Shown in pieces: positions 25,271-34,216 of a stretch of DNA of 64,000 nucleotides. The notes beneath the pieces were generated by a model. The model saw only the letters and a program-made list of their open reading frames with translations, had not been told where the DNA came from and made no database searches. A program made the position numbers and the translations under genes. Within the stretch, counting starts at the first letter, position 1; every line of letters begins with the position of its first letter. Source of the stretch: Penicillus capitatus (lineage: Eukaryota; Plantae; Chlorophyta); the NCBI GenBank assembly GCA_965649825.1, contig OZ287700.1:434001-498000 (forward strand), in the 5' to 3' direction.

Positions 25271-25945
25271 CTAGGCAGCTGCACCGCCATCCACTTCCTT
25301 AATGGCCTTTCTTCTGAGATCTCGAAGTCTCTTTTTCTTTTCATAGAACACGCGGGACTTCACTTTGCGTTTCTCTTCCAGAGCGGCCACGTTTTCGCGG
25401 TATTTCCAACCAACTGTTTCGGCCAAATCCGCCAATGAACAGTGCTTCCTGGTGAAATCCATGCGGACGACTTTGAGTGCCTTCGGCACAACCAGGCGTT
25501 TTTTCTGATCATATGGCGGCGGGATGCCCTCGAATGTCTTCAATCGCTTAAGGGCGGCAGCACCTCTCGGCAACTTATGTGGCAGCATTCCGCGAACGGC
25601 TCTCCAGAAGATGCGTGCAGGGGATCGGTAATGAATGGGTCCATGAGATGGCTGCGTATTCATGCGTTTCTTCAGAAAGCGTTCATACTTCATACGCTGA
25701 CGCACGACGCCCCCAGATATCTGGATCTCTTCGCAGCGCACAATCACCTGCGAGATCGATTCGTCAGCCACGGTTGCGATGTATTCTGTGAAGGCCTTAC
25801 TATTTCGTAGCCGAAGAGCAACTGCTTTGCAACGATGGAGGCCAAACGGCCGAGAAGGTGACCTCGAGCATCGATCACAATGACCTGCGCACGCGGCGTC
25901 ACGAACACGGAGATGAAATGGAGATAGCGTACGTACCTTACCCAT
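25271..25945 (-). CDS. RPL13A: 60S ribosomal protein L13a (uL13), two introns
   Basis: [43 protein letters not shown]. Confidence 0.97.
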   Translation of the reverse strand: MGKVRTLSPFHLRVRDAACAGHCDRCSRSPSRPFGLHRCKAVALRLRNSKAFTEYIATVADESISQVIVRCEEIQISGGVVRQRMKYERFLKKRMNTQPSHGPIHYRSPARIFWRAVRGMLPHKLPRGAAALKRLKTFEGIPPPYDQKKRLVVPKALKVVRMDFTRKHCSLADLAETVGWKYRENVAALEEKRKVKSRVFYEKKKRLRDLRRKAIKEVDGGAAA

Positions 25946-26030
25946 GATGCAGACGGAACAAGAAACGCCGCCGGCGAGAAATGACGGACATTAGATGCGA
26001 TCAAGCGTCAGGAAATGACGCCGTGAGAAG

Positions 26031-27552
26031 ATGACTTCGTCGTCGAAGTTGACCTGCACGCTCCTGGTGCTGTGGTGGTTGGCCACACGTATGTCTTTGC
26101 GTGTGATGTCAGTGAATCCATAACTGCAGCGATGCCTCGCAGTGCTGCACGTCCACGGGGAGTTCATCGGGTGGGATGGAGAGACATACGACCCTGTCAA
26201 AACCTGGGGAAGAAATGCCGTGTTTCCGGGACAAGGCGAAGTGATAGAGGACGATTTGCCGATATCCAGCAATAAGCCGAGCGACGTCGCCGTCAACCGA
26301 GAGGCAATGGAACGCAGCAGAACAGCAAACGAGATTCAACGTTCGCAAGACGATGTGCAGCGCGAAGCAGAGACGACTCAAGAGGCCGATCGTTGGATTG
26401 AGCAACTGTCATGGACACCCAGGTCTTATCTGTTTCACTCTTTTTTGACGACAGCAGAGTGTGACCATATCATCAATGTCTCACGGCCACTGGTATGGCG
26501 CTGTTGACTGTTTGCCTGGTTTGTGATGTTATCGTTCAGATGAAGCCATCGACTGTCGTGAACGAAAACGGCGCCGATGAGGTGAACAGTATCCGAACGA
26601 GCTATGGAGCATTTCTGCCGTTTGGCTCAGATCTGTCCAACTGTTCAGAGGCGAAGTTGCACATCTAGGAGACTGCGCGACGAGGTGATAAGGCGCATTG
26701 AGGACAAGGTTGCGAACTGGACACATTTCCCGCTGTCACATCAAGAAGACATCAACGTCTTGCGCTATGCATATCAACAGAAGTATGAAACACACCTGGA
26801 TGTGTTAAGCGATCAGAATAGCCAACGATTTGCGACAGTTTTGATGTATCTATCAGGCATCTTCGTTTATCATGAAGGCCAATGGACAGTGTTCGGTATC
26901 GACTGTAGATGTCGAAGAAGGTGGAGAGACAGCGTTTCCATTGAGTAATCAGTGGATCGATTTTGCGAAAGCGGATCAGCATTTTTCGGATTGCGCTAAG
27001 GATCACGTCGCCGTGCATCCAAAGAAAGTGTGATTGTTAAGAAGAAGGGGAGAAGGGGAGATTCTGTGTGAAGGGAGACGCGCTTCTGTTCTTTTCGCTG
27101 AAGCCGGATGGAGGCATCGACGAGATGTCTTTTCACACGGGCTGTCCAATTTTGAAAGGCATTAAATGGACAGCCACCATCTGGATACGCGCAAAGGCAT
27201 TTCGAGGTCTCTCCATTCGTACCGTGCTGATCTGGATCGTGAATGGCGGCGGGTGATGATGCAGAGGAGGAGTTGCTGCAGAAAGGCGAAATTGTTTTGG
27301 ATGCTGACCCAGGAATTTGTGAAGATTTAGAAAAAGAATGTGTAGATTGGGCATACGACGGAAAATGCACTGAGAGCAAAGAGTACATGGTAATCTCACC
27401 CCCTATCGAAATGCACGCATGCTTGGACTTTGTAGATGCGACGTTGTCGTTTGAGTTGCCACCTTTGCAAACCCTGTGAGACGGCAGATGATGGTTGCTA
27501 CGCAGAAAATCGTCAGAGAGCGGGATATCCTAGAATCGAAGATGTCTATTAG
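26031..27552 (+). CDS. P4H: Prolyl 4-hydroxylase with C-terminal ShK-like domain (multi-exon)
   Basis: Signal peptide; [27 protein letters not shown] (after splicing), [39 protein letters not shown]. Confidence 0.9.
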
Positions 27553-29784
27553 CGGCAGTAAAATGCGTCCGAATAATGAATTATGTGTGTAAACGACGAA
27601 CAAGAAGAGATCGGTATAGCTTTGCACTGCAGATGGACTTACTTCATGGCTTACCCATACCTCAAGAGCATTGATATGCAGAAAGCACCCACCCCTTAAG
27701 TCGGAGGTGTCGGCAAGGTCGACTGAAGATTTCTCTCTCCCTCTTGCAAGCAAGCCAGTTGTTGTCCGATGACACGTCAGTTTTCCGGCGAGTCAAAGTT
27801 TCGTCTCTTGTTTTCAAAAGCATATTCATAAGGAGAAGTCGTATCTTGCCCAAAGAAACGAGCAGACAAAGACAGACGACGGTTTCACAGTGGCTGGCGG
27901 CTCGTCGGCGCCTCTCCGAGCATTGTGCTATAATGGGGTCATTTCGGTCATTATTTTGTCCATTTTTGCGTGTACTGCCGCCAAACGTCCCATCGTGAAG
28001 TTCACAATGTCACATCACTGAAGGTCGCCCGCAGCCAATCAGCTCGCGCCGTTTCCTGTCACATCAGTCACATCAATACCCTAGCATTTAAGCAGAACGC
28101 GCAAACCATAATCGCGTAAACCCGACAAGCCTCGCCTATTCGTTTGTGGATCCCCCCAGGACCCACGGTTTGTTGACGCCCTCGTTGCGCAAGACGGTTG
28201 CCTCGTGCAGTCTTCTTTGCAATTCGGGGGAAGAGACAACGCCGGCGGGCCCTGCGCGGTGCAAACGGACCGATGCATTTCCGGCGGCGGCAAAAACGTC
28301 ACGCGTCTTCGGATGCCTGGCGCGTCGATGGCTCGAAGCTTGTCGCGGTCAGCAACCTACGCCTAGTCGACCTTGGAGCCCACCGACGTTTTTTCTGTTC
28401 TTTTTTAATTATGACGGACTTGCGAGGCCGGTCTCCGGCCGTGGTTCTGGTGGTTTTCATACTTTTTCGTTATGTCGACTATATCTTCGTGGGCAAGGTC
28501 GCTAGCTCCGTGGGTAGTTATTGTTTTTTTTTTTCTTTTTTTGATCTTTTTCGGATGGATTAGGGTTTGACCTGACTCGGTTCCACCGGCAATGATTTCC
28601 TCTGATCATTGTCGGGCCGCGCCTTCTCGTGGCGGAACTGGTTTATACTAAGTCGGCATTTGACAAGAGGAATTAGCTACTTCCGGTATCCACGGTGACA
28701 ATCTTCTTTTCGGATGGATGATCTTTTTTCCGCGCCGTGCAGCTAGCTGCGTTTCCTTTAGGCGAGTGGATAGAACAGCTGCTACGTTCCTCACGCAAAG
28801 CAGACGAAGCTTAACGGTGCGGAAAAAAGAACATCCGTACTAGAAGGAGATTTGACGAAGGCCATCGGGGGAATAGTTCGGGATGTACACGGACGGCGTT
28901 ATAGTCGACGGTGAGGCAGTCATGGTTGGTTTCGGTGGCGGTCCATTCGCAACTGATTTCCGGTGTGTGCTGCTATAGGTTTTGGGCCGATTGAGCAAAA
29001 TCGTACTAAAGATAGTCGACAGAGAACGAACTCCCTTGATGGCATGCGTCTGCTCTACTCGCGACTTCCACCGCTCTGGATGGCAACCCACCTTTCTCAT
29101 TCGAGGTTAATTTCTTCTTTCTCTTCACACTTGTGTTCTATCCTAGGTAGCTGAGCCGAAGCCAACTAGTCGCTGTCCCTCCCATCAGTCAGTAGCATCA
29201 GGTAGCGAGCGCAGCGAGCTTCTTGGACAGAGTTTGGTGTCCTCCCTGCTCAAGGAAGCTGTGGTGATGGATTGGAACAGAGAAGTCGTTGACAGTCGTC
29301 AGCGTAGGCGCTTGACCTGCCTGGTTTTTGCTAGTTTACACTCTGCTAGCGACATTCTCTGTATCCTTTCCTAGGTGCAGCCAACGAAGGCTGGGTCTGG
29401 AAGTCTTCGGGGCCAGTGCAGCCGACTGTGGACGCTGGATTCGGAGTGTCTAGGTAGTTAGTTGCGGGGCTTCCCGCTTTAGATCTGGCTCCGACCGTGC
29501 GTCCAGTGGTCGCTGCCACCCATATGCTCGAGTTACCCGTCTGTTTACTCGACTAGGCGGCATGGGAAATTGCGTAAACAGAAGGTGTTTAGTGTCTTCG
29601 AAGAGATTCTCCTAGAAGCATTGAGAACAAGGATGGTTAACGGCTTCGTTATCACTTGTTCACCTGCATGCGTACAGGAAGAACGCCTTTGTAGCCTCTC
29701 TTTGTCTTTAAGTCCTTTTTTAATAATCCCTTCTTCTGTTTACGTCGACATTACAACGTTTATTTAAACGCCTACTGGCTTTTA

Positions 29785-29873
29785 GCGGTCATCCTTGCCA
29801 CTTTTGTGCGGCGTTGCGCTTGCGACGTCGCGAACAAGGGGTCTGATGAGACGGGTGGCGCCGTCGAAACCGC
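29785..29873 (+). ncRNA. Hammerhead ribozyme A, type III topology
   Basis: Core CTGATGA 29843-49; stem II GACGG/CCGTC; GAAA 29866-69; stem III GCGGT(29785-89)/ACCGC; GTC site cleaving after 29790; stem I ATCC-TTG/CAA-G-GGGT enclosing two hairpins. Confidence 0.88.
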
Positions 29874-30337
29874 ATCGTTATGTACTGTAGCAGAAAGATT
29901 GATTAACGAGTGTGCACCTGATGTATATTACGTTGCAACTGACCTAACTGTTGGTAAGTAAGTATCAAGAACAACAACATCTTTGATGGCTTTGGCTTTG
30001 TAATTATTCTTCCGTTCAAAAAAGCGATTCTCCATCTTACAGCAAGTACAACGCGACAAGCCCTTCTTCGCCTCGCTTAATGTTATCCCGTATCGAGAGC
30101 AGCTTATAAGATAACGAGGCTTTACAAGAACAACAACCTGCCTTCCCCAGAGAAAAATCAGTGCAAGGCGGCGGTAGACTGCGTGAACTACACAGAGTTA
30201 AAAATCGCGAGATGCGTGCGCGGTTTACTTATAAACTGGGTTACTTAGTTCATCACACTTATTGTCTGAGGACGAGGAATTAAAGAAAGAGAACCACGCT
30301 GCAAAGTCGACAGGCTAAGGAGAAAAAACATTCGGCT

Positions 30338-30404
30338 AGGGTGACCGCTGAACGCGACGTAGCACTCGGCGGTTTCGACGGCGCCATCCGTCTCATCAGA
30401 CCCC
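30338..30404 (-). ncRNA. Hammerhead ribozyme B, type I topology
   Basis: Minus strand reads GGGGT CTGATGA GACGG atggcg CCGTC GAAA CCGC [hairpin] GCGG TC^ACCCT; cleavage between plus coordinates 30343 and 30342. Confidence 0.92.
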
Positions 30405-30594
30405 TTTTCCGCACTGCGGCATTGAGTGGAGCGTAACAGCGGCGCACCGGACGCGCCAAAAAACCGCGAGACGGCGAAAGGTGTCGGGAGACTAGCAGCG
30501 CGTAAGACATCGGTCGAGATCCGACACGGAGAGCGAGAATAAAACGCGTAAATCGAGCGCGCGCAGTAACGACGACACGTCAATATAAGACCTA

Positions 30595-30695
30595 AGGGTT
30601 TCGACGGCGCCACCCGTCTCGTCAGACCCCTTCGCGTCGAGGCACCAAAACCCTCGACGCGGTCCGGAAAGATCCGGAACGGCTAGGATGACCCC
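30595..30695 (-). ncRNA. Hammerhead ribozyme C, type III topology
   Basis: Minus strand reads GGGGTC^ATCCTAGCC, hairpin TCCGGA/TCCGGA, hairpin GCGTCGAGG/CCTCGACGC, then GAA GGGGT CTGACGA GACGG gtggcg CCGTC GAAACCCT; cleavage between 30690 and 30689. Confidence 0.85.
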
Positions 30696-31014
30696 AAGCC
30701 CACCCTTCCCCGCTGGACCAATGAACTTCGCCACCAGCATGGGTGACGGCCACTGCGCCCAACGAGGCCGGCCTCCCGTCGCAACAGAGGCGCGCACCTC
30801 GAAGCCAGATGTGGAGGTCATTGGCACCCCCGGAGGGACGCCTCCCAACTACCTAGACACTTCGAGGCTACCCCTTACCCGTCACGGCAAAAGACGAAAT
30901 GCGCGTCGCGGTGCCCCTTAAATACTTGGATGTTGATGCGACCCTGTCAACGTCACCTTGAGGACGGTTAGACTGCCAAAGATGCGCGCTGAGTGGCTGA
31001 ATCGACGAAAAACC

Positions 31015-31088
31015 GATGTGACAGATGGAGATGGAATATTCTGACGTGACAGATGGAATATTCTGATGTGACAGATGGAATATTCCGA
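31015..31088. repeat. 22-bp tandem repeat, three copies
   Basis: GTGACAGATGGAATATTCTGA(C/T) at 31018 (with an extra AGATGG), 31046 and 31068. Confidence 0.85.
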
Positions 31089-31096
31089 TACTGCAA

Positions 31097-31236
31097 CGTG
31101 ATTGGCTATCGGCTGCATCGACGCCTTCCTCCCAGCTTCTTCTTCCGACGGTTAGTATTCCGAATTCGCGTCGTGATTGGCTGATTGCGCGACAAAACGA
31201 TGTGACGCTGTCACATCATCTGAAGGGGTATATAAG
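31097..31236 (+). promoter_or_regulatory. Candidate Pol II promoter (two inverted CCAAT boxes and a TATA box)
   Basis: CGTGATTGGCT at 31097 and 31172; GGGTATATAAG with TATATAA at 31229-31235, about 25 nt before the start of the 300-bp repeat unit. Confidence 0.5.
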
Positions 31237-31261
31237 TGATGACGCGTACCATTTTTCGTCT

Positions 31262-31836
31262 TTCTTTCCGGGAGATACTCCCCCGTAGTTGCGCAGCTCC
31301 AGTCCGGATGCGTCGAACGCGTCGTTCGGTTGTCCGTCATATTGAAGTATTGTACTATCGAAGACCTTCACACAGCGCATGAGACGCTGCCGAGAACGGC
31401 GGCAATCGTGCGGCGGTTGTGGCGGGGGCCGTTGAGCGGCTTCTGCGGCGTCGGGCCCACCCGTTAGTCCCGAAGGCGGGGTAAGGGTCGTCTCCTGTAG
31501 GCGGCCTTTGCTTCGACCTGGTTGAGGAATCTCGGATTGGGGGGACATCCTCGGATGGCCCTTCTTTCCGGGAGATACTCCCCCACAGTTGCGCAGCTCC
31601 GGTCCCACTACGTCGAACTCGTCGTTCGGTTGTCCGTCGAAAAAGATCCTTTCACACAGCGCATGAGACGCTGCCGTCGATGGCGGCAATCGTGCGACGG
31701 TTGTGGCGCGGACTGTTGAGCGGCTTCTACGGCGTCGGGCCCACCCGTTAGTCCCGAAGGCGGGGTGAGGGTCGTCTCTTGTAGGCGGCCTTCCCTTCGA
31801 CCTGGTTGAGGAATCCCGGAAGGAAGGACATCCTCG
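31262..31836. repeat. Direct duplication, ~300-bp period (31262-31553 and 31562-31836)
   Basis: Both copies begin TTCTTTCCGGGAGATACTCCCC and end GGACATCCTCG, sharing long identical blocks such as CGGCGTCGGGCCCACCCGTTAGTCCCGAAGGCGGGGT. Confidence 0.95.
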
Positions 31837-32422
31837 TGATTACCCAAGGCACTTTCGTGATTACCCATTTCATTTCGTGATTACCAAAAATGGCATTTCA
31901 TTTCGTGATTACCAAAAATGGCATTTCATTTCGTGATTACCAAAAATGGCATTTCATTTCGTGATTACCAAAAATGGCATTTCATTTCGTGATTACCAAA
32001 AATGGCATTTCATTTCGTGATTACCAAAAATGGCATTTCATTTCGTGATTACCAAAAATGGCATTTCATTTCATTTCATTTCGTGATTACCCCACCAAAA
32101 GAATGGCATTTCATTTCATTTCATTTCGTGATTACCCCACCAAAAGAATGGCATTTCATTTCATTTCATTTCGTGATTACCCCACCAAAAGAATGGCATT
32201 TCATTTCATTTCATTTCGTGATTACCCCACCAAAAGAATGGCATTTCATTTCGTTTCATTTCATTTCGTGATTACCCCACCAAAAGAATGGCATTTCATT
32301 TCGTGATTACCCCACCAAAAGAATGGCATTTCATTTCGTGATTACCCCACCAAAAGAATGGCATTTCATTTCGTGATTACCCCACCAAAAGAATGGCATT
32401 TCATTTCGTGATTACCCCACCA
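31835..32422. repeat. Satellite built on CGTGATTACC and ATTTC, with 28-, 45- and 35-bp sub-arrays
   Basis: 18 copies of CGTGATTACC; spacings of 28 (31876-32044), 38, 45 (32082-32217), 50 and 35 (32267-32407). Confidence 0.97.
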
Positions 32423-32519
32423 AGTTGTGGTCCCAACGGCGGTGCGTTTGCCAACGCATCGTCGAGCCGTGCCTCCTCGTGGCGGGACTGGATAACGCTA
32501 AATCGGCAAATACTCTTAA

Positions 32520-32582
32520 GGGGTCTGATGAGACGGGTGGCGCCGTCGAAACTGTTCGGTCACTCGACTGAGCAGTCACCCT
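32520..32582 (+). ncRNA. Hammerhead ribozyme D, type I topology
   Basis: GGGGT CTGATGA(32525-31) GACGG gtggcg CCGTC GAA ACTGTTCGGTC actc GACTGAGCAGT C^ACCCT; 11-bp stem III; cleavage after 32577. Confidence 0.93.
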
Positions 32583-33570
32583 AGCCACGAAGCTGCCGAC
32601 GCGTAAAGACTGCGTCGGTTGATGTATCATCATCGTACCTTCTTTTTTCCTGTTTGCCTTGTTTACATAAAGCAGCATAAACCGTCGCCTGCTGTTCAAA
32701 CGTTTTGTTTGTACTTTTACAGGTAACAACCGTTCGAGCGCTCCTTTTTCGTGTATGTCGTACGTCTTCGTGTCCACAGCGAAACAAAAGCACAAATGAC
32801 ATCCCAGGTAGGCCTTCCCTCATCAAACGCTAATCAAGCGGGGAGTGAATGCGTGACACTAGTTTTTCTTTATCTAACGACCCATACAACAAGCTGTCTT
32901 CCCAGTATTAATATATAGGAGCCTTCACGCGGAACACCTTATGTGTCATTATCACGCCTTGCACGTTAGCATCTTCACCTTTCGTACTCTTGTGACGTCG
33001 TCCCTCGTCCAAAGCACGCTTTCGCTGCCTCGATGACCCGCGCACTGTTTGTTGCCGGTCCGGCTGTGCACCGAGAGCGATAACAATCCAAGATTTTCCG
33101 ACTATGAAGACAAAGGTCACGAAAGATTTAGACTGTCTCCACTAAATACTCGCTTGCTGCCGTGTCTCTAGGACCAAGAATGGGAAGCTACGTGTAGGAA
33201 ATGAACCTCTAACTGTCATCTGTGTAGCCACCGGAAGCGGTGAAGCCGTCACATAACCATCCAGGCGCGCTGACCATCGGTCGCGACGGATGTCGGCTCC
33301 CGACCTAACTTCCTCATAATGTAAGGGGTGTGGTTATTCTGCATGCACTAGGAGTTCGCAGCTGTTAGGACGTAAGGGTAGGAAGTCCATGACCACCTTG
33401 GGTATATAAGGTCGACAATTCACTTTGTAACAACTCCTGTTCGTATTGCCTCAAATCTGATTGTGTTTCTGTCGTCTCGACGCGCAAAGACTCAGCTGCC
33501 TTATGAACCACTATTCCATTTGATTCCCGACGCTACGTCTCTTCCTTAGCCTCAGGCACGTTTTGACCTT

Positions 33571-34180
33571 TTAGAAAAAGGTCGACAATGGTCGTAAGCC
33601 TTTTGCGTTTGTCCGTTTTACGAATGTCTCGCGCATTTCTCCCGGTATCCTTGATTCTCCACATCTGCCTGCCTTCTGGGTCTCATTCGACAGCCAATCT
33701 TGTCGTTGATGGAACAAAGTGGATCTTCTTGGCGCTACAAGATGAACTTTGTGACTGATGCCGTTCATGACTACTGTGAAATCTTGATATTCGCAACGCC
33801 CTTTCATCCATTGCTTCGTGCGAAACGCCTGAAATAAGTACAGCTTCGTTAAGTGAGTGTGTATCTCGACAAGAACGAATAGAACAGAGATCGATCCATT
33901 CGCTTTCTCCGCCGCCATTTCGCGACAGAAAAGAGAGAAAAGGGTTTCGGTTTCCAAATCGTCACGAGATGATCTCGTCGTTTCTCTCGGCAACCGTTCT
34001 GCGACCAATAAATCTTTGGAAAAGCATGCATCTCTGTGTGCATTTTACAAACAGCTCTGATTTCAGTTTCACGTGTGTTCGTAGAGAGATGGCAAACTGG
34101 GTTGATGGCAGGAGCCGACGAACATTTGGTGCATCCAAGTCTACTTCGCTGCCTGTCACGTCAAAGCCCGGGTGTCTAGA
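33571..34180 (-). CDS. Hypothetical protein (structure uncertain)
   Basis: Two overlapping frames of ordinary-composition ORF head-to-head with ESF1; no recognised motif. Confidence 0.3.
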
Positions 34181-34216
34181 CTGAACTCTGGCGGCTGTTG
34201 TTTCTGAAAAAGCACG

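Larger units (their letters stand above)
29441..30865. repeat. Diverged inverted repeat pair (29441-29560 vs 30721-30865) upstream of the two type III ribozymes
   Basis: Exact 15-mer AACTACCTAGACACT plus collinear shorter blocks (AGCCAGAT, ATGGGTG) in opposite orientations. Confidence 0.65.

Noticed and set aside
27600-27990. Small minus-strand gene (KRRNFDS resembles the endosulfine/ARPP19 FDS motif)
   Set aside because: The motif is too short and I could not build a consistent exon structure.
28080-29440. Autonomous RT, GIY-YIG or protease ORF serving the ribozyme island
   Set aside because: Only short ORFs; an isolated VDTGS is not enough to call a retro-protease.
30585-30600. Local type I fold for ribozyme C (ACC-CTTA-GGTC^TTAT)
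   Set aside because: The bases after this GTC (TTATA) cannot pair with GGGGT to form stem I, whereas the upstream site at 30690 forms both stems.
31835-32422. CRISPR-like regular array
   Set aside because: No unique spacers; inter-motif sequence is itself repeated, there are no cas genes and the context is eukaryotic. The ORFs called over it (32002, 32058) are repeat artefacts.
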